Shown here: positions 1 to 14,200 of the stretch, piece by piece | Layout of the letters: each line of letters begins with the position of its first letter | Position numbering within the stretch: position 1 is the stretch's first letter | Assembly (NCBI GenBank): GCA_052426225.1 | Contig: JBNJNM010000009.1 | Span: forward strand, 1-64,000 | Length of the DNA: 64,000 bases | Reading direction: 5' to 3' | Source of the DNA: Zancudomyces culisetae HAW-14-8 | Lineage: Eukaryota > Fungi > Kickxellomycota | Program-made: the position numbers and the translations under genes | The notes under the pieces: model-generated | The model's database searches: none | What the model was told of the DNA's origin: nothing | What the model saw: only the letters and a program-made list of their open reading frames with translations

Positions 1-1
1 T

Positions 2-1806
2 CCTAACCCTAACCCTAACCCTAACCCTAACCCTAACCCTAACCCTAACCCTAACCCTAACCCTAACCCTAACCCTAACCCTAACCCTAACCCTAACCCT
101 AACCCTAACCCTAACCCTAACCCTAACCCTAACCCTAACCCTAACCCTAACCCTAACCCTAACCCTAACCCTAACCCTAACCCTAACCCTAACCCTAACC
201 CTAACCCTAACCCTAACCCTAACCCTAACCCTAACCCTAACCCTAACCCTAACCCTAACCCTAACCCTAACCCTAACCCTAACCCTAACCCTAACCCTAA
301 CCCTAACCCTAACCCTAACCCTAACCCTAACCCTAACCCTAACCCTAACCCTAACCCTAACCCTAACCCTAACCCTAACCCTAACCCTAACCCTAACCCT
401 AACCCTAACCCTAACCCTAACCCTAACCCTAACCCTAACCCTAACCCTAACCCTAACCCTAACCCTAACCCTAACCCTAACCCTAACCCTAACCCTAACC
501 CTAACCCTAACCCTAACCCTAACCCTAACCCTAACCCTAACCCTAACCCTAACCCTAACCCTAACCCTAACCCTAACCCTAACCCTAACCCTAACCCTAA
601 CCCTAACCCTAACCCTAACCCTAACCCTAACCCTAACCCTAACCCTAACCCTAACCCTAACCCTAACCCTAACCCTAACCCTAACCCTAACCCTAACCCT
701 AACCCTAACCCTAACCCTAACCCTAACCCTAACCCTAACCCTAACCCTAACCCTAACCCTAACCCTAACCCTAACCCTAACCCTAACCCTAACCCTAACC
801 CTAACCCTAACCCTAACCCTAACCCTAACCCTAACCCTAACCCTAACCCTAACCCTAACCCTAACCCTAACCCTAACCCTAACCCTAACCCTAACCCTAA
901 CCCTAACCCTAACCCTAACCCTAACCCTAACCCTAACCCTAACCCTAACCCTAACCCTAACCCTAACCCTAACCCTAACCCTAACCCTAACCCTAACCCT
1001 AACCCTAACCCTAACCCTAACCCTAACCCTAACCCTAACCCTAACCCTAACCCTAACCCTAACCCTAACCCTAACCCTAACCCTAACCCTAACCCTAACC
1101 CTAACCCTAACCCTAACCCTAACCCTAACCCTAACCCTAACCCTAACCCTAACCCTAACCCTAACCCTAACCCTAACCCTAACCCTAACCCTAACCCTAA
1201 CCCTAACCCTAACCCTAACCCTAACCCTAACCCTAACCCTAACCCTAACCCTAACCCTAACCCTAACCCTAACCCTAACCCTAACCCTAACCCTAACCCT
1301 AACCCTAACCCTAACCCTAACCCTAACCCTAACCCTAACCCTAACCCTAACCCTAACCCTAACCCTAACCCTAACCCTAACCCTAACCCTAACCCTAACC
1401 CTAACCCTAACCCTAACCCTAACCCTAACCCTAACCCTAACCCTAACCCTAACCCTAACCCTAACCCTAACCCTAACCCTAACCCTAACCCTAACCCTAA
1501 CCCTAACCCTAACCCTAACCCTAACCCTAACCCTAACCCTAACCCTAACCCTAACCCTAACCCTAACCCTAACCCTAACCCTAACCCTAACCCTAACCCT
1601 AACCCTAACCCTAACCCTAACCCTAACCCTAACCCTAACCCTAACCCTAACCCTAACCCTAACCCTAACCCTAACCCTAACCCTAACCCTAACCCTAACC
1701 CTAACCCTAACCCTAACCCTAACCCTAACCCTAACCCTAACCCTAACCCTAACCCTAACCCTAACCCTAACCCTAACCCTAACCCTAACCCTAACCCTAA
1801 CCCTAA
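2..1806 (+). repeat. Telomeric repeat (CCCTAA)n, about 300 units; chromosome end
   Basis: Uninterrupted CCCTAA hexamers from the window start. Confidence 0.99.
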
Positions 1807-1968
1807 CCCTATCCCTAACCCTATCCCTATCCCTATCCCTATCCCTATCCCTATCCCTATCCCTATCCCTATCCCTATCCCTATCCCTATCCCTATCCCT
1901 ATCCCTATCCCTATCCCTATCCCTATCCCTATCCCTATCCCTATCTCTATTGCTAACCCTATCCCAAA
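1807..1968 (+). repeat. Variant telomeric repeat block (CCCTAT)n, degenerating inward
   Basis: 21 consecutive CCCTAT units at 1819-1944, then ctctat/tgctaa/ccctat/cccaaa. Confidence 0.95.
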
Positions 1969-2209
1969 ATCAATCGTATCTTCATAAAAACTACTAACAT
2001 AATCGCATCTTTGACTGCAAAGTTATCAACCTGAATGAGAAACTTTTCATAAAGAATCTGAATTTAATAATTTAAGATAAGTCCTAACACGCTTAAATTC
2101 ATTGCAGTTATAAACAGTAACTCTCCTGTAACTAAAAAGCTATCTAAAATCATTGAAGCTCACTGTTTACGATAATTTAAAAAGCCACCAATGAAAAAAT
2201 CCAACTGAT

Positions 2210-2541
2210 TGTCATAAACTAATATTAAACAGTTTCAATTTAAATCAACAAACATTATCAAACATGATTTGGATGAATCAGAAATATGATTTTAAACATG
2301 TTTAATATTGAATCTAGCACATAACACAACTATACTATAGATAATTCATTAATTTTAACTACTTTATTTATGCAACATTTTAGTCTTTAATATTAAATTT
2401 ATATAATACAAACAAAAAGTTTAAATAGCATACATTATTCCTTCAGAAAAACTTATCAGACATCAAGTGTCTACAATAAATATATTTTATAGTAGTACTT
2501 AATAATGACCAAATTACACCAAAATAAATAAGTTCATGACA
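2210..2541 (+). repeat. Element A 5' LTR
   Basis: TG...CA ends with terminal inverted repeat; matches 7814-8146 and 19047-19377. Confidence 0.93.
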
Positions 2542-3048
2542 GTTTGTCAGATCAATATATATTAACTACTACTATCATGTCAGTGAATAATTACGAATAC
2601 CTTAATGCACTAGTAACAATGAATGTAAGTCATTATAATTAATTACATAAAACTAGCTCCATGTCAAAACTTGACACTAAGTACTATTTGTATTAACTAT
2701 GGCTATGATTTATTTAATAAAATACTATGAGATGAAAAGTATTTTATTGCTAAAGTTTCCTAAAGCAATAAAATCCTTGTCCTTATATAGTTTTACAATA
2801 TACAAAATTAATTGTAAAACATAATAAAAATCTATACTATTACTATAACTTAAACTAAATAATCTTAACTGTCAACTCCACAGTTACATTTAATATTATG
2901 GGGTAAAACCAAATTATTAAATATTATTAATTCAAACTTATAAAATATAATTATGGAGTAAGAATTAAAGCGGAGTAAACGTTAATAAATTTAACATTTG
3001 CTATATTAAATATGTTATTAAAAATAGCAATAACAACATGAATGGATC

Positions 3049-3930
3049 ATGACAGCAACCCAACTAGACGATCTTCAGCTCCGCTTAAATATGTTAAGAA
3101 ATAATCAAGCAAACGTGTTACCAGTGGCTAGTGAACCAAATGTAGCAGATCCTGAATACTTTAGTGGCAATAGAGACCAACTAAGAAACTTTGTAGCACA
3201 AGTCCAACTAGTCATACAAGCTCAACCCTCAAGATTTTCAACAGATACTCAGAAAGTCATTTTTGCTTCTACTTTCTTTTGTGGTCCTGCTTTCTCGTGG
3301 TTACAACCGTTTCAAGAATCTAATGATTATTAACCAACCCTGGAAAATTTTGACATTTTCATAAACGAACTATATCTGATTTCGGAAACCACACCAATCT
3401 TCGACAGCTGAACGTCAACTCAGAAAAATTCGCCAGTTGAAATCCGCAGCCACCTATGCTACTGTATTTCGTCGTATTTCGACACTTATGTACTGGAATG
3501 TCGCAGTACTCTGTAGCCAATTTTATGAATGACTTAAAAAAGACATTAAGGATTTATTAGCATCTTTTGATAGACCTGACAACTTATCAGAATTTATTGA
3601 CCTCGCCATAAAAATTGACAACAGACTATTTGAAAGAAACCTTGAAAAATCGTTTTGTCCTCGCCCAATGCACATGCAAAATTTGGCTAATTCTATATCA
3701 TCAAGAAACAATTTATTAACATAACACAGCCTCGGGTGCAACAAATGGAAATTGACGGAAATTCATCTCGTCGCCCACCACTCACTCAGACTGAAAAACA
3801 ACGCCGCCGCGATCTTAATCTTTGTCTATACTGTGGTAATCCTGATCATGTCATTTCATCTTGTCCTCGTCGCCCGCAAATAAAGGTACCTAATACTATA
3901 TCTGCAAGTATTATTAAGGAAAACAATTAA
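3049..3930 (+). pseudogene. gag: gag of element A copy 1 (stops and frameshifts)
   Basis: PEYFSGNRDQLRNFV, LCLYCGNPDHVISSC zinc knuckle. Confidence 0.9.
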
Positions 3931-6900
3931 GCTCAAGACAATTTTCGAACGTAGTCTTGAGCGTATCTAATTATCCTAACCGTCCATTTCAATCAAAAAA
4001 TTTTACTCATTAATTATTGCCGCTATGAAACATCCGGAAGTTTATATCAAGCTGAATTAAATCTACCTTTAAATTTTACAATAAAATAAACACTACTGAA
4101 ATAAACAATCTAACACCTATATAAAATAGAAAAGAACATTCTACTAATCCAACTATAGCTCTGAACTTAAACCTGAACTTAAACCTGAACTTAAACCTGA
4201 ACTTAAACCTGAAACCAAACCTGAAACCAAACCTGAACTTAAAATTAAAACTAAACCCGTACTTCACTCAAAACCTGATTTTAAGCCTGAATTCTAGCCT
4301 GAATCTAAACCTGACTGCAACTTAAAAATTAATTCCACAATCAATAAGAATCTTGACCTGGAACATTTAAATATGTCAACAAATAAAGTTTACACTCAAC
4401 TTATAGTAACAGTAACTCTTCGGGTAAACAATAACCTGATAAAAACCGTTGCCATGATTGATTCGGGTGCAACTAATTGCTTCATTGATAATACTTTTGA
4501 CAAGACTAATAACATTCCATTAGTATTAAAATAATTACCATTTCCGCTACTAGTAATTGCCGGAAGATTTATTTCGTCAAGCTCCATAACACACAATACA
4601 ATACCACTTCAACTTAACACCTATAATCATCACGTAACTATATCCTTTTATGCAAATAAATTGGGAAAATTCCCTGTAATTATTGGAATATTCTGGCTGA
4701 GAACCCATAATCCACACATAGAGTGGAATTTAGATAAGTGTATTTCATATCTGAATATTGCCAAAATAATTGAAGTATTCAGCAAAACCATTGTTATACA
4801 CACACAATAACTTGCACATTAATTCCAGAAAAATCAGAAATAACTCCTATACCATCGGAATATTCAGAATTTAATGATGTATTCGACGAAAAAGCAGCTA
4901 ATAATTTATCACCTCATCGTATAAATGTTCATAAAATTCCGTTAACACCAGCCTCACAACCACCATTTGAACCAATTTAATCACTATCTGAAACAGAACT
5001 CGCAGCACTATGTATATATTTGAAAGAAAATTTAGATAAAGGTTTTATTCATCCTTCATCATCTCCTGCTGGCTTTCCTATACTTTTTGTAAAAAAGAAA
5101 GTTGGATCTTTAAGATTATGCGTTGATTATAGAGGATTAAATAACTTGAAATTTAAAAGCAGGTATCTCTTACCTATAATTGGAGTGTTACTCGACAGTT
5201 TCAGACAAACGAAAATATTTTCTAAAATCGATTGTAGAGGCGCTAATAATTTAATATGAATAGCTAAGGGAGAAGAAATGAATAATGCATTCCGTATGAG
5301 ATACGGTCACTATAAATATAGAGTTATGCCATTCGGACTCTGCAATGCTCCAGCATCGTTTCAATATTTCATGAATGATGTATTATCTGACTGCCTAGAT
5401 AGTTTTGCAGTAGTATATTTATATTATATACTGGTTTATATTCCAACATTTGAAGACCATATTAAGCATGTAAAAGAAATATTAAGAAGACTCCGAAATG
5501 CTTCACTATATGCTAAACTGGAAAAATGTCGATTTCACAAAACAAAAGTCGAATGCTTGGGATATATTGTTTCCGATAAACGGGTAAGTATGGATATAAC
5601 AAAGACAATAGCTGTAAGTGCATGGCCTGCACCAACCTTAATAATAGTAATTCAAACGTTCCGCGGTTTAGCAATTTCCATAGAAAATTTATAATGAATA
5701 TTTCAAAGATTGTGACACCTATAACAAAATTATTACGAAATATTGAAAAATGGAACTGGTCACTGAAGCACAAAACTCTTTCGATCAATACAAAAAAGCA
5801 TTTACAACTGCACCTATTTTAAAATATTTTGATCCGAATAAATCAATTACTATCGAAACTGATGCATCAGACTTCGCAATTCAAGGTGTTATATCACAAC
5901 GCAACGAATATAACAATTTACATCCTATAGCATATTATTCCAGAAAGTTACAATCTGCAGAAATCAACTACGAAATTTACGATAAAGAAATGTTAGCCAT
6001 AATTGAGGCTTTTAAAGAATAGAGGTCATAACTCGAAGGAGCATTACATCAAATTACGGTTATAACTGACCATAAAAATCTAGAATATTTGACTACCACT
6101 AATACTAAGAAAAGGCGTCAAGAACGATGGGCAGAATTATTAGGAAATTATAATTTCATTATTAAATACGCAACTGTTCATCTAACGGGAAACCCGATGC
6201 TTTGTCTCGACGCCCGGATCATTTTCCTAAGGTGGGGGATGACGCTCTACGTAATAATAAAAGTTTGCTAAAGCCAGAAAAATTGATAATTGCAGCAGTA
6301 GAACCAATGGTTGCTAATAAATTTGATAAAACTATATCGAATAGTAACTACGAAAAAGAAATTAAAGTTAATTCCATTATTTCTAAATTGAAACATATTA
6401 ACAATTCATCTAACTCTGAATATCTAAACTTAATGAATTATAAATACGACAATGAAATACTTACTTTTAAAGGTAATATACATTCCAGATAACATTGAAA
6501 TCAAACTACTACAACTCAACCAATTCACGATTCGCCTATTGCTGGACACTCGGACATTCTAAAACCTTTGAACTAATTACAAGATACTGATATTGGCCAA
6601 AAATGAGTAAAATGATTAAAAATTATATTAACTCATGCGATCAATGTTGCAGATGTAAACCAATAAGACACAAACCATATGGTCAACTACAACCTTTACA
6701 GATTCCAGAAAAACCGTGGGAATCAATTTCTATGAATTTTATTGTTGGGTTACCATTGTCACAAACTTATGATTCAGTATTGGTTATTGTAGATAGACTA
6801 ACAAAAATGGCGCTTTTTATTCCAACAAATAACAATATTTACGCACCACAAACAGCAAAACTATTTATCAATAACATATTTAAACTTCACGGACTGCCAA

Positions 6901-7801
6901 AAGATATTGTCTCTGATAGAGGTTCTATCTTCACTTCAAAATTTTGGAATACTATTACCAAAGTATTAAATATAAAATTAAATATGTCAACAGCATACCA
7001 TCCACAAACGGATGGTCAAACGGAACGAGTAAACCAAGTTTTAGAACAGTATATCAGAATTTATTGTAACTACAACCAAACAAACTGGCATGGTTTATTA
7101 GCACTCGCAGAATTTGCATATAATAACTCAGAACACTCAACTACAAAATTTTCACCATTCTACGCTAATACTGGATATCATCCTTCAATATTTCCATCAA
7201 ATATTTTGACTTCACCCAGTATCTCGCCCATAATCACAGATTTAACTCAGAAAATGTCACAAATTTACAAGGAACATATAAAAAATATTAAAAATGTAAA
7301 TGAAAGATATGCTAAAGCATTTGAAAAAAACACACAAGCAGAACCCGAGTATAATATAGGATCAAAAGTGTGGTTAAATAGAAAATAATTAAAACTAACA
7401 GCCCAAATAACAAACTAGATTATACTAAATTAGGTCCATTCACAATAGTTATAAAATTAAGCAAAGTAGCATACGAACTTCAACTTCCTACGACTATGAA
7501 AGTACATTCTGTCTTTCACGTTTCCCTTCTAGAACCAGTAACTAACAACACTATTGAAGGCCGAATTCAGGAAGCTCCATTACCGGTACTAGTTGATGGA
7601 ATATCAGAATACAAAGTCGAACAAATATTAGACAGTCGTATTAAATATAATAAACTACAATATCTAGTGGACTGGAAAGGGTACGACGCAAGCGAAAGAA
7701 CTAGGAAACCAGCCGAACATCTAACAAATTCAAAAGAACTTGTGGAAAAGTACCATAATGAAAACCCGAATAAACCAATGTCGCTCAGAGATCGACACTA
7801 A
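3931..7801 (+). pseudogene. pol: pol of element A copy 1 (PR-RT-RH-IN-chromodomain, fragmented)
   Basis: [52 protein letters not shown] spread over broken ORFs. Confidence 0.92.
4161..4245 (+). repeat. 12-bp tandem repeat (CTGAACTTAAAC, encoding PELK-like units) at the pol N-terminus; related decayed copy at ~9770-9940
   Basis: Visible tandem units. Confidence 0.85.
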
Positions 7802-7813
7802 GAGAGGGAATAC

Positions 7814-8146
7814 TGTCATAAACTAATATATACAGTTTCAATTTAAATCAACAAACATTATCAAACATGATTTGGATGAATCAGCAATATGATTTTAAAG
7901 ATGTTTAATATTGAACCTAGCACAAAATACAACTTTACTTTAAATAGTTCATTAATTTTAACTACTTTCTATTTATGCAACATTATAGTCTTTAATATTA
8001 AATTTATATAATACAAACAAAAAGTTTAAATAGCATACATTATTCCTTCAGAAAAACTTATCTGACAACAATTGTCAACAATAAATATATTTTATAGTAG
8101 TACTTAATAATCACCAAATTATATCAATATATACAAGTTCATGACA
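7814..8146 (+). repeat. Element A shared middle LTR
   Basis: Preceded by PPT AAGAGAGGGAA and followed by the same PBS/leader as the first LTR. Confidence 0.93.
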
Positions 8147-8646
8147 GTTTGTCAGATCAATATATATTAACTTCTACTATCATGTCAGAGAATAATTACA
8201 AAGACCTTGATGCACTAGTAACAATGACTATAAGTCATTTTAATGAATTACATATGATGGCAACTGTCACGACTTGACACTAAGTACTATATGTTTACTT
8301 GGCTATGACTTAATTAATAAAATACTATGAGATGAAAAGTATGTTATTGCTAAAGTTTCCTAAAGCAATAAAATCCTTGTCCTTATATAGTTTTACAAGA
8401 GATAATAATACTTTTAAAACATACTTAAAACTATACTTAACTATAACTTTAAATTAAATATATTAACTGTCAACTCCATTTAACATATAATAATATGGGG
8501 TAAAACCAAATTAATAAAAATTATTAATTCATCTCCATAATTTATAATTTATGGAGTAAGAATTAAAGCTGAGAAAACGTTAATAAATTTAACATTTGCT
8601 ATATTAAATATGTTATTAAAAATAGCAATAACAACATGAATGGATC

Positions 8647-9521
8647 ATGACAGCAACCCAACTAGACGATCTTCAGCTCCGCTTCAATATGTTAAGAAAT
8701 AATCAAGCAAACGTGTTACCAGTGGCTAGACAACCAAATGTAGCAATTCCTAAATACTTTAGTGGCAATAGAGACCAACTAAGAAACATTGTAGCACAAG
8801 TCCAACTAGTCATACAAGCTCAACCCTCTAGATTTTCAACAGATACTCAGAAAGTCATTTCTGCTTTTACTTTCCTTCGTGGTCCTGCTTTCTCGTGGCT
8901 ACAACCGTTTCTAGAATCTAATATTTATGAACCAATCCTGAAAATTTTTGACAATTTCATAAACGAACTTCATCGTGTTTTCGGAAATCCACACCAATCT
9001 TTGACAGCTGAACGTCAACTCATAAAACTTCGCCAGTTGGGATCCGCAGCCACCTATGCTACTGCATTTTGTCGTATTTGACACATATGTCCTGGAATGT
9101 CGCAGCACTCTGTAGCCAATTTTATGAAGGACTTAAAGAAGAGATTAAGGATTTATTAGCATGTTTTGATAGTCCAAACAACTTATCAGAATTTATTGAC
9201 CTCGCCATAAAAATTGACAACAGACTATTTGAAAGAAACCTTGAAAAAACGTTTCGCCCTCGTCCTATTCACACTCAAAATTTGGATAACTCTACACCAT
9301 CAAGAAACAATTTAATAGTAATAACACAGCCTCGGGTGCAACAAATGGAAATTGACGGAGCTTTATCTCGTCGCCCACCACTCACTCAGACTGAAAAACA
9401 ACGCCGCCGCGACCTTAATCTTTGTCTATACTGTGGTAATCCTGATCATGTCATTTCATCTTGTCCTCGTCGCCCGCAAATAAAGGTACCAAATACTATA
9501 TCTGCAAGCATAATTAAGTAA
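8647..9521 (+). pseudogene. gag: gag of element A copy 2 (frameshifted)
   Basis: Close homolog of 3049-3930; CCHC knuckle. Confidence 0.9.
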
Positions 9522-10853
9522 AACAATTAAGCTCAAGACATTTTCGGACGTAGTCTTGAGCGTATCTAATTATCCTAAACCGTCCACTTCAATCAAAAAT
9601 CTATACCCTTTAAATATTGCCGTTAATGAAACAACCGGAAGTTTATATCAAGCTTAATTAAATCTACTTTACAATTTAACAATAAAATATACATTACAGA
9701 AATCACCAATCTAACACCTGAATTAAATGTAAAAAATACATTCTACTAATCCAACTATAACTCTGAAAATAAACCTGAAACCAAATCTGAAGTCAAACCT
9801 GAACTTAATACTGTACTTAAACCTGAACTTAAACTTGAAATAAAACCTGAAATCAAATCTGAACTTATAATTAAAACTAAACCCGTACTATACTCAAAAC
9901 CTGAACTTAAGCCTGAACTCAAGCCTGTATCTACACCTGACTGCAACTTAAAAATTAATTCCACAATCAATATGAATCTTGACCTGGAACATTTAAATAT
10001 GTCAACAAATAAAGCTTACTCTCACCTTGTAGTTTCAGTAACCCTTCGGGTAAACAATAACCCGATAAAATCCGTTGCCATGATTGATTCGGGTGCAACT
10101 AATTGCTTCATTGATTCTACTTTTGCCAAGACTAATAACATTCTATTAGTTTTAAAAAAATTAGCATTTCCGCTACTAGTAATTGACGGAAGATTAATTT
10201 CGTCATGCTCCATAACACACAATACAATACCACTATAACTTAACACCTATAATCATCACAAAACTATATCCTTTGATGTAACCAAATTGGGATAATACCT
10301 TGTAATTATTGGAATAAACTGTCTGAGAACCCATAATCCACACATAGAGTGGAATTTAGATAAGTTGTATTTCATATCTGAATATTGCTATAATAATTGT
10401 GGTATTCAACAAAATCAATGTTCTACACACACAATAACCTGCACAATAATTCCAGAAAAATCAGAAATAACTCCTATACCATCGGAATATTCTGAATTTT
10501 AAGATGTATTCGATGAATATGCAACTAATAATTAACCACCTCATCGTACATAGGATCATAATATTTCGTTAACACCAGGCTCACAACCACCATTTGGACC
10601 AATTTAATCACTATCTGAAACAGAACTCGCAGCACTTTGTGAATATTTGAAAGAAAATTTAGATAAAGGTTTTTGTCAGGAAACTAATTTATTTAAGTTG
10701 GGAAACTTAATGTTCCCAAGTTAGGATATAAAGGTAATTAAATATGATTAAAAATAAATATTAAAACTTATGGGTAAATAATGCGATTCTGACATTATCC
10801 CCCCTTCAAAGAATATTTTAAATATATAAAAATAATATCTTGGACAAAAATGT

Positions 10854-11120
10854 GAGCTTATAGTCGAGTGGCTAAGGCGTCGAACTTGTATTCTGCAGGA
10901 CCCTGGTTCGATCCTTCGCTGTAAGACCGTAATTGGGAAGTAATTAGCTGTAGAGTGGATGTGATGTTTCACGGGGCCAATGTGCGCGATGACGTCCTTC
11001 GGGACTAGTACCGGACCGTTTCACCTCTCCGACAACTCCTTCGGGATCTCGAGCAGTTAATTCGAATCACGTGATCGTGTGGCCCAAGACGTTAGCGCCC
11101 TCCTAAGTTCATTCTTTTTT
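10854..11120 (+). ncRNA. Putative Pol III transcript: tRNA-like head plus long structured RNA, antisense to element B
   Basis: A-box TAGTCGAGTGG 10861-10871; B-box GGTTCGATCC 10905-10914; TATA-like 10821-10830; two C(UUCG)G hairpins; GGGCCA/TGGCCC stem; T6 at 11115-11120. Confidence 0.6.
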
Positions 11121-11240
11121 ATTTTTTCTTTTATAATTTTTTATGCTTTTTAGTTGTTTTTAGGTTGTTTTTATAGTTTTTTTTTTTTTGATAAGTATTT
11201 AGGTATAATATTGGTTAAATAATAAAATATAATGTTGCTC

Positions 11241-14200
11241 TTATGGTTTGTTGTGATATGTCTTATAGTATTTTTTCAATAGTTGTGGCGCGTTTATGTT
11301 TTCAATCGGCTCCCAGCTTCTTTCACTTATGTCAAAGCCTTTCCAATCAACTAAGTAATATTTTTTACCCCGTACAAGCTTAGAATCCAAAATAGCCTTA
11401 ACTTCATATTCTTTATTTCCATTTATAATTAGGGGTGGAGGAGGACTGTCTATTAATCTGCGGTTACTGCTGGGTTCGATATACGGTTCCAATAATGAGA
11501 CATGAAAAGTGTTATGGATTTTCATTGATGGCGGGAGGTCTAAACGGACAGAAACAGGATTGATGATTTTTGAAATAGTGAGTGGGCCTAGAAGTCTATG
11601 GTCAAGCTTTTTAGAAGGCCTTTGAGTTTTGATATTTTGGCTGGATAGCCAAACCTTGTCACCTAGTTTATACTTTGGATGTTCAGATCGGTTTACATCA
11701 GCATACTTTTTATATTCCTGAGATTTCTTGTTAAGTATGGAAGTGAGGGCAGATTGAAGTTCTTTGAGTTGTTTTATCCTATCAGAAGCGCTGGGGACGT
11801 GAACGTTTTTAGTGATTTGAGGATCAAATCTTGGATGGTAACCATATAGAGCAAAGAAAGGAGAAGTATTAGTGCTGGAGTGGAGAGTGTTGTTATAAGC
11901 AAATTCGGCAATTGGGAGCAGTTCAAACCAATTATCTTGCTGATAGTTGATGAAACAGCGTAGATACTGTTCCAATGTTTGATTCACCCGCTCCGTTTGA
12001 CCGTCTGTCTCTGGATGGAAGGCTGTAGACATTCTAGTATCAACTTTGAGCAGTTTGAATAGTGAACTCCAAAATTTGGACGAGAATTGGGTTCCACGGT
12101 CAGAGATTATGACGTCTGGTAGTCCATGAAGCTTGAATACGTGGGTAAAGAAGGCGGAGGCAGTTTCTTCTGAGGATGGCAGCTTCTTAAGCGGGATGAA
12201 ATGGCTCATTTTAGTGAACCTGTCTACAACTACCATAATAGTAGTGTGCTTGTTGGATGGAGGAAGATCAGTTATGAAATCCATGGTAATAGATTTCCAT
12301 GGGCCTGAAGGAGCGGGTAGCGGAAGTAGTTTACCGTAAACTTTGTGTCTTCTGTCCTTTGATCTATTGCATGTATCACAGGTTTGAACAAATTCTTTAA
12401 TAAATTTGCGCATTCCTGGAAACCAAAAGTCTCGTTCCACGAGCTCCAATGTCTTCTTAGCACCAAAATGGCCGGCTGGGCCACTGTCATGTCTAGAACT
12501 TACGACTTGCGGCTTCATTTTGTCGGGGACGACAACACGGTTTCCAAGCATTACAATCCCATCTTCAACTTCTACTGGCTCGTTAGACTTATGGCTGCTC
12601 TGGTATCTTGCGGCATCCAATAATCCTTGTAGATGGGCTTTGCTGGATTTGGCGATTTCTTGAGCAAAATCACTGTCCACTATGCTGATAATGTCTATGA
12701 AGTGGTCTTCACCTATGATGTTGTTGTTGGCGACCTTATCAGGTGTGTGATTGGGCAAACGAGAAAGAGCGTCAGGTTTGCCTCCTTGAGATCCAGGCCT
12801 GTAGGTTATGATGAAGCTGAATCTACTGAGATCAAGAGACCACCTTGCGTGTCTTCTGTTGAGTGACTTCAGATTTTTAAAGGTCTCCAGATTCTTATGG
12901 TCAGTAAGAATCTTGAACGGGATGGAGGAGCCTTCCAGATGATGTCGCCATTCTTTGAGAGCCTTGATGATTGCCAAAAGTTCCTTGTCATAGATATTAT
13001 AGTTGGATTCGGCAGTGTTGAGTTTGTAAGAGTAGTAGGCACAAGGACGGAGATCACCGTTTTCATCTTCTTGGGACAGAGCAGCCCCAATGGCGTAGTC
13101 TGAGGCGTCAGTTTCCAGAATAAACTGTTTTCCTGGGTCAGGGTATCTGAGAACGGGGGAAGTGGTGAGATCCTGGATAAGAGTATTAAAGGCTTCACCT
13201 GCCTCCTTACTCCAAACGAACGGTGTATCCTTTTTCAGAAGTCTTGTGATTGGCAGGGCTTTCAGCGAAAAGTATGGGATAAACTTTCGGTAGTAATTGG
13301 CAAAACCGAGAAACTTCTGGACCTCCTTGACATTGGTGGGTGGTAGCCATTCCTTTACACACTTGACTTTAGCAGGATCGGTGGCTATTCCATCTGAAGA
13401 CACAACATGGCCTAGAAATTCAACTTCCCTGATATGGAAGTGACATTTTTCGGCGTTACAGTACAGACCATTTTCAAGCAGCTTTTTCAGAACAGATTTC
13501 ACATGATTGATGTGAGTGTCAGTGTCATTGGAAAATATTAAGATGTCGTCAAGGTATGCAATTGCATAGAGATCCAATACATCTCGTAACACATCATTGA
13601 TAAAGTGCTGAAAGGTGGCGGGAGCATTTGTCAAGCCAAATGGCATGACCTGGTACTCAAAGTGGCCATATCTGCACCTAAATGCAGTTTTCCACTCGTC
13701 ACCTTCCTTGATCCGCACCAAGTTGTAGGCACCTTTGAGATCCAATTTTGTAAAGACCTTGGCTGTACGCAGCCGATCGAACGCCTCATCAATCCTAGGT
13801 AATGGGTACCTATTCTTGATGGTAGCTTCGTTCAATCGGCGGTAGTCAACACAAAGGCGCAAGTCTCCAGACTTCTTCTTTACAAACATGATTGGTGCAC
13901 CGGCAGGGGAAACAGAGCGTCTGATGAAGCCATTGGTGAGGTTTTCGCGGATGTAACCTCTTAGAGACTCTAACTCTACTTCAGATAGCGGGTATATTGG
14001 CCCCCAGTATGGGGTGTAACCCTCTTTGGTGTTGACAGGACAGTCATAACGGCGGTGAGGAGGAAGTGAAACGGCAGACTTGGGATTGAACACCTCCTTG
14101 AATTCAGAGTATATTACTGGAAGTTGCGGAAATTCTTCCAAGTACTCTAGTGGGGACTCAGAAACGGCAAAAGTTACAGGATCTGGATCCAAGGAATATT

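Noticed and set aside
4076-4267. FRFK-repeat ORF on minus
   Set aside because: Antisense reading of the 12-bp repeat in element A pol
10854-10928. Functional tRNA gene
   Set aside because: T-stem and acceptor stem pair poorly; treated as a tRNA-derived promoter, as is 24789-24942
10985-11012. CGATGAC-GTCC-TTCG-GGAC resembles a hammerhead core
   Set aside because: Lacks CUGANGA and the GAAA after helix II on either strand
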